Origin: Verrucomicrobiota bacterium
Lineage (GTDB): Bacteria; Verrucomicrobiota; Verrucomicrobiia; Verrucomicrobiales; DEV007
Length of the DNA stretch: 64,000 nucleotides
Assembly: GCA_045046875.1 (NCBI GenBank)
Contig: JASFYY010000055.1
Coordinates: forward strand, 1-64,000
Direction: 5' to 3'
Positions 9,039-18,130 of the stretch are shown here, piece after piece. A model generated the notes under the pieces. The model did not search any database, had not been told where the DNA came from, and saw only the letters and a list, made by a program, of their open reading frames with translations. Both the position numbers and the translations under genes were made by a program. Numbering within the stretch: the stretch's first letter is position 1; the number at the start of each line of letters is the position of its first letter.

Positions 9039-10316
9039 TTAGGGTTTGTTAGCGGTGTTTTCGTCACAGCAAGTACTGTCAGCTAGGGTTTTCCCGGCAG
9101 CATGTTTCTCATTACCTTCGGTGTAGCGAAAGGTTTGAAACTGGCCTTTGATGAGGACGGGGGTGGCTTGATCCAAGGGCAATACGGCTTTTTGATGGTG
9201 ATTGTTTTCCAGCCAAGTGACGAGCAGGGCGGAGTTGATATTATTTTTACCCTTTGTATTAGCTTTTTGATTAGTCTTAATTTGTTGCCATTTGACAACG
9301 GCGCGGGCGCGATTGCGGTGCTGCAGGATGTGCAGGGTCTGATCGCCCACTTTCACCTCAGCTGGCAGGGAATCGATTTGCTGACTGCTGAATTGGTTGT
9401 TTTTGTGATCCCAGATGAAAGCGGTCAGGTGACCGATTTGATCGTCATTGGCACTGAGCAGCAGCCGGTTTTTATCATTGCCCACTAGCTGGATCGGATC
9501 GCGGGCGGTGAGGCGGGATTGGCTGGCACTGTTTCCTTTCAAGCGGGTGGCCGGGAGCAGGGCGGGGTGGATGCCTTTGGTGAGTTCGGGGTGATCGAGG
9601 AAGCAGAGATGACGCTCGATGGTGCCTTCGTCGGAAGCCAGAGTGACTTCGATGGCACGGTTGGCGAAGTCGCTGTCGTTGCTCTCTTTGATGTTGCCGT
9701 TCTCTTCCAGTAAAGCGTGTTCGTAGCTGCGGATATTTTTGATAGTCCAACTGGGGAAGATTTCAGCTCCTGCTTCGGGTAGCGCATAAAAATGTCCCTG
9801 GTGTTCAAATTGAACCGTATCTTTGGCGGCCTTTAGCCATTGTCCGGGAGCTGAGGGCTGGCTGCCTGCAGGCAGCACACGAACTTGGACGCCGAGCTCT
9901 TCAAGCAGGCCGGCGGGGCCGTCCTCTTTGCTTTGGTAGATCCATTGTTGTTGTTTTGCTTTTTCATCAGCAGGGGCATTTTTTGTCCAACTGATTTCGA
10001 CCGCATGGGATTCCTTGTTACTTTGATTATCGGTTTCCGGCATGGCCTTTGCCTGCGGCCAGTATTCGAGGATGCGCAACTCGGTATCGGCGAGCTTCAG
10101 ATTTTGTCCAAGATGATCCGCTGTCACGCTGTCTGCTACGGAGAGCCCTTTGTCATCATGAGTCAAGAGTTCGATTGTCACATCAATGGGATCATGACCT
10201 TCTTCTACCAGTGACGTTTTTTGCGTGCTTTTGTTGCAAGATAAGGAGAAGAGGATTGCGGGTAGGCATGACAGAAATAAACGGGTGGTAGCAGAGAGGT
10301 GGATTGGAGCATTCAT
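9039..10316 (-). CDS. Hypothetical lipoprotein, last gene of the multiheme operon
   Basis: Lipobox-like SLSC after a hydrophobic stretch; starts 11 bp after the upstream gene. Confidence 0.6.
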   Translation of the reverse strand: MNAPIHLSATTRLFLSCLPAILFSLSCNKSTQKTSLVEEGHDPIDVTIELLTHDDKGLSVADSVTADHLGQNLKLADTELRILEYWPQAKAMPETDNQSNKESHAVEISWTKNAPADEKAKQQQWIYQSKEDGPAGLLEELGVQVRVLPAGSQPSAPGQWLKAAKDTVQFEHQGHFYALPEAGAEIFPSWTIKNIRSYEHALLEENGNIKESNDSDFANRAIEVTLASDEGTIERHLCFLDHPELTKGIHPALLPATRLKGNSASQSRLTARDPIQLVGNDKNRLLLSANDDQIGHLTAFIWDHKNNQFSSQQIDSLPAEVKVGDQTLHILQHRNRARAVVKWQQIKTNQKANTKGKNNINSALLVTWLENNHHQKAVLPLDQATPVLIKGQFQTFRYTEGNEKHAAGKTLADSTCCDENTANKP

Positions 10317-10327
10317 GGTGTGAGGCC

Positions 10328-10810
10328 TTATTTTAAAGAATCGGCAATTTGACAGAGTTGTTGATAGTAGTCTTCGGTTTCCATCCCCATCAGGGTGGCT
10401 CCGAAGGCCTCGGCAGCATCGGGTCCGGCGATGTCGCCGTAGTTGACGCAGACGAGGTGGTAGGCGACGAGCATTGGCAGCACCGCATCGTTGCCCTCGA
10501 AAGCCGGATGAACCGTCAGGATAAAACCACTGGTTGGATTGCCGTTTTCTACCGCCTGGATGAAAGCGAACTCGCCTTCCAGTAGGGGGTCGTTTGCAAA
10601 AACCAGCCGCAGTGGGTAACGCACAAAACGGCGGTCTTCGAGCAGGGCGTAAAGCGACTCAAGAGGCAGTCCGGGCAATAGGCTGATGCCGTATTCCTGT
10701 CGTGCCTCGTAAGCCTTGTCTGCAGCATGCTCGACGAGGGAGCGTTTACCGTCTTCCTCGGTCGGGCGGATGCGGGCAGGCATACGGTTGGGTTTAGCAG
10801 CAGCGGGCAT
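10328..10810 (-). CDS. Hypothetical protein in the multiheme operon
   Basis: 160 aa ORF tightly packed between the octaheme gene and the lipoprotein gene; protein-like composition. Confidence 0.7.
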   Translation of the reverse strand: MPAAAKPNRMPARIRPTEEDGKRSLVEHAADKAYEARQEYGISLLPGLPLESLYALLEDRRFVRYPLRLVFANDPLLEGEFAFIQAVENGNPTSGFILTVHPAFEGNDAVLPMLVAYHLVCVNYGDIAGPDAAEAFGATLMGMETEDYYQQLCQIADSLK

Positions 10811-10823
10811 GGTTTTGTCGGGT

Positions 10824-12287
10824 CTATTTGTTGTAGCGCGCTTTAAATTCCGCCGAGGCTTTTTCCCGGGCAGCTTTTTCTTCGGGATCCATGTCGCCGA
10901 TGAACCAGCGGTGGTTTTCGCTCTGGAGGGTTTTGTCGAGCACTGCCTGCAAGTTCTGGGCGGCTTTTTGTTTTTCCGGATCTTTATTGGCCATTCCTTT
11001 TTCGATCAGGTGCTCGAGTTCGGGGATGAACTTCACGTAGAAGTGCTGGGCGACTTCATAGGTGCCGTGCCAATGGGTGTAGTCGGGTCCCATCATCGAT
11101 GCGCCGTGGCGTGCGCGACGACCTTCGTGATGCCAGATCTCGAACCAGATGAAGTCGAGTTTGTTGCCGAACTTGATGGGTTTCATCAGTGGTTTGGCGG
11201 CGGCATAGAGGGCGAGTCCCGGTTTGGCAAATTTCTCGTTGTAGAGTTCGATCAGCGAGTCGTATTGCACATACCAGTTTTTCACCCAGTTTTCACTGTG
11301 GCAGTTTGAGCACACGTCCTGCATGTTGGAGCGTCGTTGGGTCCATGGGACATCTTTGCCGGGCAGTCCCATCTTGGCATCCGAGACTTCGGGTCTGACC
11401 GAAACGGCAGGCCGGTTGTTCCACGAAATGCGCATGCCGACGTCATGGGTGACCGCTTGGTTTTTGGTCTGCGACATGTGACAAGTGGCACAGGTGGGGG
11501 CGGCTGAATAATCCTCGCCGACGATCCACTTGGGAGAGTCGAGATTCATTTTGTTGATATTGGCAAAAAAGGCGATGCCGTGCTTAGACTCTTCGTAGAT
11601 TTCCTTTTGCGGATGGTCGGGGCCCATGTGGCATTTGCCGCAAGTGTCCGGATGGCGTGCCTGGGCAGCTGAGAATGTGTGGCGACTATGGCAAGCCGAG
11701 CAGGACCCCTCCGAGCCGTCCGGGTTGAGTCGGCCGATACCGGTATTGGGCCAGGTGGCGGGATCGAGCAGCCCTTTGCCACCTTCGAGCACTTTGACTT
11801 CGGTGCCGTGACACTGCCAGCAACCGTTGACGGCGGCAGCAGAAACTCCACCGGGGAAGGCTTTGGTTTTCATGCCTTTGTTTCCTTCGACGACTTCGGC
11901 TAGCACGTTGTCGAGTGAGCCGAGGATGCGTCCTGCCTTGGAGTGATGGGATCCTGCGAATTCCTTGACTTCCTGATCGTGACAGCGAGCACAATCCTTG
12001 GGTGTGACCAGCACGGCGATGAGTTCTTCGTAGTGAGTGTAAGCATCTTTGTCGCCTTTTTCTGCGTGATGGCATTCGAAGCAGCTTACCTTGGCACGGT
12101 AGTGTTTACTTTCGCCCCATTGCTCATATAAAGCAGGGTTAAGTTTCTTGTGACATTCGATGCATTTTTTGCTTTGCTCGCTGACTTTACTGAGTCCAAA
12201 CGGACCGGCAAAAGTATTGTGAATCCCGAACAGCAAAACGAGAGCTGTGATCCACGGGATGAGTAGGGATGTTCGGTGTGTTTTCAT
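10824..12287 (-). CDS. Octaheme cytochrome c, hydroxylamine oxidoreductase (HAO) family
   Basis: Eight CxxCH motifs (CIECH, CFECH, CARCH, CWQCH, CSACH, CGKCH, CATCH, CSNCH); MGPDHPQKEIYEESKHG; WHHEGRRARHGASMMGPDYTHWHG; Sec signal; AAAGGA RBS before the ATG at 12287. Confidence 0.9.
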   Translation of the reverse strand: MKTHRTSLLIPWITALVLLFGIHNTFAGPFGLSKVSEQSKKCIECHKKLNPALYEQWGESKHYRAKVSCFECHHAEKGDKDAYTHYEELIAVLVTPKDCARCHDQEVKEFAGSHHSKAGRILGSLDNVLAEVVEGNKGMKTKAFPGGVSAAAVNGCWQCHGTEVKVLEGGKGLLDPATWPNTGIGRLNPDGSEGSCSACHSRHTFSAAQARHPDTCGKCHMGPDHPQKEIYEESKHGIAFFANINKMNLDSPKWIVGEDYSAAPTCATCHMSQTKNQAVTHDVGMRISWNNRPAVSVRPEVSDAKMGLPGKDVPWTQRRSNMQDVCSNCHSENWVKNWYVQYDSLIELYNEKFAKPGLALYAAAKPLMKPIKFGNKLDFIWFEIWHHEGRRARHGASMMGPDYTHWHGTYEVAQHFYVKFIPELEHLIEKGMANKDPEKQKAAQNLQAVLDKTLQSENHRWFIGDMDPEEKAAREKASAEFKARYNK

Positions 12288-12300
12288 GTTAGTTTCCTTT

Positions 12301-13563
12301 CTATTGATAATTGATGGCTGTGAGATCTTCTTCTTTGGCAAAATCGAGGCGTCCTCCGTCAAAGGAATCGGCATCGACGGTGAGGCGACCACTGAGCACG
12401 GGTACGGTGATGCGGACGAGGATGGTGTAGATGAGAAATCCGGTGGCCCAGATGCCGAGCGAGACCAGGGTTTCGTTCAGGGTGGGGGTGTATTCGACGA
12501 TTTCGCCGAGCGGGGTGGGGATGAATCCGGGGATGATGAGGCCCATGCCTTTTTCGATCCAAATGCCGATGAAGAGCATGGCGCAAGCGACGTTGAGGAC
12601 GCGCAGGCGACGACTGATGGGGAGCACCAGAACGATCAAAGCGACCATGTTGAGTATGAAAGAAGTGCGGATCCAGGGGACAAGTGCGGATTTGCCATCC
12701 AGACCGAGATAGAGATACTTGGCCGAGGCGACGTGCACGGAGTCGGTGTAAAATTCGGTGAACCATTCACTTCCGAGCAGGAACATATTGATGAACATTG
12801 CCACGGTGACGATGCTGCGCAGGGTGAGCAGGGCCTGGCGTTCTACTTTCCAGTGGGTGAAATGACGAATCATCTGCAGGGTAATGATGAGCAAAGCTGG
12901 TCCTGCGGCGAAGGCTGAAGCAAGGAATCGCGGGGCGATGACGGCAGAGTTCCAGAAAGGTCGTGCGCCCAGACCGGAGTAGAGGAAGGCGGTGACGGTG
13001 TGGATGCTGATCGCCCAGGCAATGGCGATGAAAACAAAAGGCACGACAAAATTTTTGTGCGGTTTGCGTTTGTTGTAAGCACAATAAATAAGGTAGCCCG
13101 GTATGTGCAGGTTGAGCAATAAATAGCCGTTGAGAGCAATTACGTCCCAAGTCAGGATCGATACTGGGAAATGGAAGCGCAACATCATGTGATGCATTTG
13201 GTCGGGACGACCGAGATCGACGACGATGAAAAGCAGGCACATGATGATGGCTGAAACGGCCAGCAGTTCGCCGAAGATGACCAAGTGATGCAGCTCTTCG
13301 CGTTTGTAGATGTAAACGGGAATGACCAGCATCACCGCCGAGGCAGCGACGCCGACCAGGAAGGTGAAGTTGGCGATGTAGACTCCCCACGAAACTTGAT
13401 CAGTCATTCCGGTGGTGCCTAGGCCGTAAACATACTGACGGCAGTAGGCGTTGAGGCCGACCAGGGCAATGGTGAACAGAAAGCCTAGCCACAGGTGGTA
13501 TTTCCATCCGCCGACAAAGCTGCGTTTAAAACAGCGATAGAGAAATTTGAGGTAGGCCTTCAT
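12301..13563 (-). CDS. NrfD/PsrC/DsrP-family quinol-interacting membrane subunit
   Basis: About ten TM helices; VSWGVYIANFTFLVGVAA, VDLGRPD, SIHTVTAFL. Confidence 0.9.
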   Translation of the reverse strand: MKAYLKFLYRCFKRSFVGGWKYHLWLGFLFTIALVGLNAYCRQYVYGLGTTGMTDQVSWGVYIANFTFLVGVAASAVMLVIPVYIYKREELHHLVIFGELLAVSAIIMCLLFIVVDLGRPDQMHHMMLRFHFPVSILTWDVIALNGYLLLNLHIPGYLIYCAYNKRKPHKNFVVPFVFIAIAWAISIHTVTAFLYSGLGARPFWNSAVIAPRFLASAFAAGPALLIITLQMIRHFTHWKVERQALLTLRSIVTVAMFINMFLLGSEWFTEFYTDSVHVASAKYLYLGLDGKSALVPWIRTSFILNMVALIVLVLPISRRLRVLNVACAMLFIGIWIEKGMGLIIPGFIPTPLGEIVEYTPTLNETLVSLGIWATGFLIYTILVRITVPVLSGRLTVDADSFDGGRLDFAKEEDLTAINYQ

Positions 13564-14621
13564 GAGGTTTGGGGACTTTTGTCGGCCATGGCTTCATCGG
13601 AGCCGGGGTAACGTTCGTCGAAGTAATAAAAAAACCGTGGCAGGGTGCCGACTTCTTCTTTGAGCACAAAAACGCGATTGGTTTTGAGTATCTGCGAAAC
13701 CTCGCTGTTGGGGTCGAGCACGTTGCCGAATTTGCGTGCGCCAGTGGGACAGACTTCGAGACAGGCAGGCATTTTGCCTTCGCGTGTGCGGTGCAGGCAG
13801 AAGGTGCATTTTTCCACCACTCCCTTGGGGCGTGGGCGGTTGGAGAGGTAGGCCATGTCGGGATTGAGATCCTTTTTTGGCAGTTTGGGTTTGGTGAAAT
13901 TAAAACGTCGAGCCCAGTAGGGGCAAGCGGCTTCGCAATAGCGGCAACCGATGCACCAGTCGTAGTCGATGACGGTGATGCCGTCGGCTTCCTGCCAGGT
14001 GGCTTCTACCGGGCAGACTTTGACACAGGGAGGTTGGGCGCATTGGTGGCATTGCACCGGCATGTAGAAGTGATCGTTGTCGGGAACCTTGGGGCGATCA
14101 TAGTGATGGTTGCCTTTTTCGATATTAGTGGTGCCACGTGGCATTTCAAGCACGCGGATGTATTGGATTTCGGGGGAGCGACTCTGGTTGTTTTCCGCCA
14201 CGCAGGCGTGCACACATTTGCGACAACCAATGCAGCGGGTCAGGTTGAGCGCATAGACAAACTCTACTCCGTCCATCGGTTTGATGTCCCGGATATCGGG
14301 GCGTTGATCAAAGCGTTTTTCGACTTCGCCGGAGATGCGGGCAAGTGCTTTCTGCATCTCCTGTGCGTCCATTTCCTTGTAGTGTTTCTGGAGAAATTTT
14401 TCGACGGTGGGGAGGTCTTCGCTTTCCAATTCCATCAACGGTTTGAGCGCAGCCATGGCTGCGGCAAGACCGCCAGCGGCGACCGCCGAGGTGCGCAAAA
14501 AGCTGCGCCGGGTGGGAGCGGAACCGCTACCTCCACCTCCACAAGAGCCTCCCGCACACCCTCCCTGCGGAGACGATGTCTGTTTGTCCTGATCGGAGTG
14601 CTGTTTATTTTCCGGGTTCAT
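13560..14621 (-). CDS. Tat-exported 4x[4Fe-4S] ferredoxin (NrfC/DsrO-like)
   Basis: TRRSFL twin-arginine motif; CIGCRKCVHAC, CHQCAQPPCVKVCP, CIGCRYCEAACP, CTFC...PACLEVCP; ATGA overlap with the NrfD-like gene. Confidence 0.92.
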   Translation of the reverse strand: MNPENKQHSDQDKQTSSPQGGCAGGSCGGGGSGSAPTRRSFLRTSAVAAGGLAAAMAALKPLMELESEDLPTVEKFLQKHYKEMDAQEMQKALARISGEVEKRFDQRPDIRDIKPMDGVEFVYALNLTRCIGCRKCVHACVAENNQSRSPEIQYIRVLEMPRGTTNIEKGNHHYDRPKVPDNDHFYMPVQCHQCAQPPCVKVCPVEATWQEADGITVIDYDWCIGCRYCEAACPYWARRFNFTKPKLPKKDLNPDMAYLSNRPRPKGVVEKCTFCLHRTREGKMPACLEVCPTGARKFGNVLDPNSEVSQILKTNRVFVLKEEVGTLPRFFYYFDERYPGSDEAMADKSPQTS

Positions 14622-15339
14622 TTTTCGACGAATCAGAAGGGTGCGGGTCTTGGTGTTTGGGTGTATTTAGGAAAAGTAGTGGGTTTTTGTTGTGGCTCTG
14701 ATGGAGGGAGGAAGTGTCGTTTTCCTGATCACCCATGCGCAGGGTATGAGGGCCGGGCAGGGGTGGGATCGGATCAAAGCGCGGGTGATGCGGGTCGTGA
14801 CACTCAGTGCAGCTGAGTTTTTTTGACTGACCCATTTCGGCATTCCAGAAACCGAGGGTTTTGCCATGGATGCCTCGTTGCCACTGTCGATAGAGCGGGC
14901 CGTGGCACTGAGCGCAGAGCTGGGAGGCCTGCGCGTAGTCGAAAGTCTTGTTATCGAGGGTAGCCAATTTGTTGCGGTCCTTGGCATCGTGGCAATTCAC
15001 GCAGCGGGTGTTGATGCCGTGTTGCAGTTTGATATTGGCGTGTTGGTGGAGGTCAGTGGAGCGGGGTTGGGAATCGATGATGATGTGGCAGTCCATGCAG
15101 GTGCGTTCGAAGCCGTTGACCATGGCTTTGGGAGGATCGGATAGCGGCGTGAAGCGTGGGGCGGGGTTGATATCCGTAGCGCTGATGGTGATCGGATCCG
15201 GAATAGGGATGCTGCTTCCTGTTGGTAAAAAGAGGAAGCCCACTGCGGTGGCAAAAAAAACCAAAGTGAGCCCCCAGATCACCGGGCGATCCAGTGATTT
15301 GGTAGTTTGATTTTTGTTTTTTTGTGGGAATTCACTCAT
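14605..15339 (-). CDS. Membrane-anchored tetraheme cytochrome c
   Basis: N-terminal TM helix; CMDCH, CVNCH, CAQCH, CTECH; overlaps the start of the ferredoxin gene. Confidence 0.88.
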   Translation of the reverse strand: MSEFPQKNKNQTTKSLDRPVIWGLTLVFFATAVGFLFLPTGSSIPIPDPITISATDINPAPRFTPLSDPPKAMVNGFERTCMDCHIIIDSQPRSTDLHQHANIKLQHGINTRCVNCHDAKDRNKLATLDNKTFDYAQASQLCAQCHGPLYRQWQRGIHGKTLGFWNAEMGQSKKLSCTECHDPHHPRFDPIPPLPGPHTLRMGDQENDTSSLHQSHNKNPLLFLNTPKHQDPHPSDSSKNEPGK

Positions 15340-15652
15340 CGAAGTAATCTGTTTCCAACATGGGTTACGGCTACCAGTGGCTTTGAGTTGAGTTTGGATG
15401 TTTTAAAATTGGAGAGATGGAAAGGAAGTGGCAAAATGCGGGCAACCCAGCACAAGATAAGCTCAGAAGGGGGGGCAAGGATGATGATGGGGCCCTTTTT
15501 GGAAGTGATGTGTTTCAGTGATTCGGTGATTTATGGTCGTGAAGGGAGGATCCCCTTATTAAAAAGTTCTTGTGTGTGGTGGATGTTGTTGTATTATGGG
15601 GGGGCGAGGGAATTATTCGGGGGAGTCGAAGCACTTAGGAAAGGGATCAATT

Positions 15653-16738
15653 ATGAGGAAGATACGGGAATTTTTGTTGGGGCCGGAGGGGCAGACGAAT
15701 TATTATCATGTGGTGAGCCGGACGACGGGACGGGATATTTTGTTTGAGGATGATGAGAAGGAAACTTTTCGGATTTTGATGCTCAAACAGTTGAAGTTCA
15801 GTGGGCTGCGGGCACTGGCATGGTGTTTTATGGGCAATCACTTTCATTTGTTGTTGGAGGTGCCGGATAGGGAGTTGGCGACAGAGGGGTGGAAGGATGA
15901 GGATTATATTAAGCGTTTGGAGGTGTTTAAGAATGAGTGGTCGAGTAAGTTGGTGTTGGATGAGGTGGAGATGTTTAGGGGGAACGGGGCGGATGAAAAG
16001 GTGAGCGAGATTGCGGAATCGGTGAAGGCGCGACTGTTTGATCTGTCGATGTTTATGAAGGAGTTGAAGCTGAAAATGACATTGGCTTACAACCGGAAGC
16101 ACGACCGAGTGGGGACTTTGTGGGAGGGGCCATTTAAGAGCTTATTATTACAGGGGGCGGGTGAGGGTGAAAGTAGTGATGCTCTGCGGATGGTGGCGGC
16201 TTATATAGACCTGAATCCGATTCGCGCGGGGCTGGCGCAGGAGCCGGAGGGATACCGTTGGTGTTCGTATGCGGCGGCGGTGGCCGGGGTGCGTGGGGCG
16301 AGGCAGGGTTTGTGTTATGCGGTGACGGGGCGTAGTCGGGTGGCGTGGAAAAAGGTGGAGCAGGAGTATAGGTGTTTGCTGTATACCAAAGGGCAAACGG
16401 TGAAGACGGGTCAAAACCTCCGTCGCCAAGGCTATGGCGGTCAAGCGGTGGGCGGTTATGATAAAGGTAAGGGAGGGTTTAGTCGGGCGGAGATCAAAGA
16501 GGTGTTGGAATCAGGGGGGAGATTGTCGGTGGCGGAGGCATTGAGATGTAGGGTGAGGTATTTCACTGATGGGTCGGTGTTGGGGAGTCAGCGTTATGTG
16601 GATGATTTTTTTGAGAGCAAGAGGGAGTGCTTTGGCGCGCGGCGTAAGGATGGAGGAAGGCGGATGCGTGGAGCGCAGTGGGGGGAACTGCGGGTATTGC
16701 GGGATTTGAAGGTGGATGTGGTGTGCAAAGGGGGCTAA
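15653..16738 (+). mobile_element. REP-associated tyrosine transposase (RAYT, Y1/HUH family)
   Basis: YYHVVSR, MGNHFHLLL (HUH), GTLWEGPFKS, AYIDLNPIRAGL (catalytic Tyr), YRWCSY. Confidence 0.85.
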
Positions 16739-16833
16739 GAAGAGGTGGAAGTATTTTAACGAGTAGGGAGAAGTGGTTTGTTAAGGGCAGTTCAGGTTGG
16801 TTCTTATGAGTCGCGTGTCGAGTGCTCCCTGCA

Positions 16834-18069
16834 TCAGTCTTCGATGTTGATGTCGGGGATGTGGTTGAAGGCGATTTTAGCGTGCACGCTGTCGATCGCA
16901 TCATGGGCACCGCCTAAGTATAGGGCTTGTTTGCCGTATTTCGAGTTAACGGCATCGAGGGTTTCGTTGAGTCGGTTGAGCTTTTCGTTTTGGGCCGGGG
17001 CAAAAAGTGAGGGGGTGAATTGACCTTCTGCAACGAGCTTTGCTAAAACGATATTCACTTTGCGGATGGGGATGCCTGGATGGGGGCGTTGTTTCCAGAG
17101 TTTTTTTACGCTGCTGCTTAGGAATAAGGAATCCATGGTTTCGGGGAAAATTGCTCTGCCTGACCAGCTTGTCTGATTGAGGAAACGTAGATGCAGCTCC
17201 AGAGAGCTGGTTAATAATCCATGATGACGCATGCGGGTGCCGGCTTTTTGGGTCAGGCGGTGAACCACTGCGATGGCACGAGCGGGATGGCGCAGGTCGG
17301 GTGGCAGTACATGTCCGTGACTGATGGAGCGTTTGACCGGCTTGTCGCCATAGTCGTCGATATGATCACCGCGCAATTTGTGCCACAACCGATTGCCTTC
17401 CACGCTGTTCCAGATCGCCCGTAGGGTGGGTTTTGGGGTGGCGCAGAGTTCACGCACACTATGGATGCCGTGTGAATGCAAACGCAATTCCATGTTGGTT
17501 CCGATTCCGTGCAGATCGCTTAGTTTCAGAGTATACAACTTTTCAGGTAAGTCATTTGCTTCGATGATCACAAAACCGTCGGGCTTTTCCATTTTGGATG
17601 CGGTTTTTGCCAACCAGCCGTTGCAGGCAACGCCAATTGAGCAACGTAGAGCATCACTGAAGGTGTGTTTCATTTTTTCTTTAATCTGATCGGCGACTCT
17701 GCTTACGGTTTCCCGGCTGCGCCAATTGTTTGGCAGCCAACAGATCATTTCGTCGATTGATAGAACATGATCCACATGAATGCAGGATTCGACCAGTTCG
17801 ACGATTTGGTGGTGTACTTCGACATAGAGTGGTGGTCGGGCGGCAATAATTTGGATGTCTGGGCACAGACGGCGCGCTTCGGCCACCATGGTTCCGGTTT
17901 TGACTCCGTAGGCCTTGGCTTCATAACTGGCGGCAATGCAGCAGGTGGTTTCGGCCAACATTGGGGCGACGCCGACCGGACGCCCTCTTAAATGAGGTTG
18001 GACGTGTTGCTCTACGGAAGCGAAATAGCTGTCCATATCGATGAATAGAGCGCGTAAAGGATGGGTCAT
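16834..18069 (-). CDS. dinB: Y-family DNA polymerase (DinB/UmuC-like)
   Basis: FIDMDSYFASVEQ, AASYEAKAYGVKTG, SIDE, AKTASKMEKPDG, LHGIG; LexA box upstream. Confidence 0.88.
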   Translation of the reverse strand: MTHPLRALFIDMDSYFASVEQHVQPHLRGRPVGVAPMLAETTCCIAASYEAKAYGVKTGTMVAEARRLCPDIQIIAARPPLYVEVHHQIVELVESCIHVDHVLSIDEMICWLPNNWRSRETVSRVADQIKEKMKHTFSDALRCSIGVACNGWLAKTASKMEKPDGFVIIEANDLPEKLYTLKLSDLHGIGTNMELRLHSHGIHSVRELCATPKPTLRAIWNSVEGNRLWHKLRGDHIDDYGDKPVKRSISHGHVLPPDLRHPARAIAVVHRLTQKAGTRMRHHGLLTSSLELHLRFLNQTSWSGRAIFPETMDSLFLSSSVKKLWKQRPHPGIPIRKVNIVLAKLVAEGQFTPSLFAPAQNEKLNRLNETLDAVNSKYGKQALYLGGAHDAIDSVHAKIAFNHIPDINIED

Positions 18070-18116
18070 GGGCTGATCAGCATGGCACAAGGGTAAGATA
18101 AATCCAATCAAATAAC

Positions 18117-18130
18117 TGTTCTTTTGAACA
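18117..18130. promoter_or_regulatory. Verrucomicrobia-type LexA (SOS) box TGTTC-N4-GAACA
   Basis: tgttc tttt gaaca, 48 bp upstream of the polymerase start, at the centre of an 18-bp-arm perfect inverted repeat (18104-18143). Confidence 0.8.

Noticed and set aside
9021..9040. Palindrome aagctgatc-ga-gatcagctt at the end of the multiheme operon
   Set aside because: Possible weak terminator, but the loop is very short and there is no clear U tract.
13569..14816. 415-aa plus-strand ORF
   Set aside because: Antisense shadow of the ferredoxin and tetraheme genes; no motifs.
10824..15339. Interpretation as ammonia oxidation, anammox or Dsr-type sulfate reduction
   Set aside because: No amo, hzs, dsrAB or dsrMK genes in the window; HAO-family and DsrOP-like proteins occur in many other contexts.
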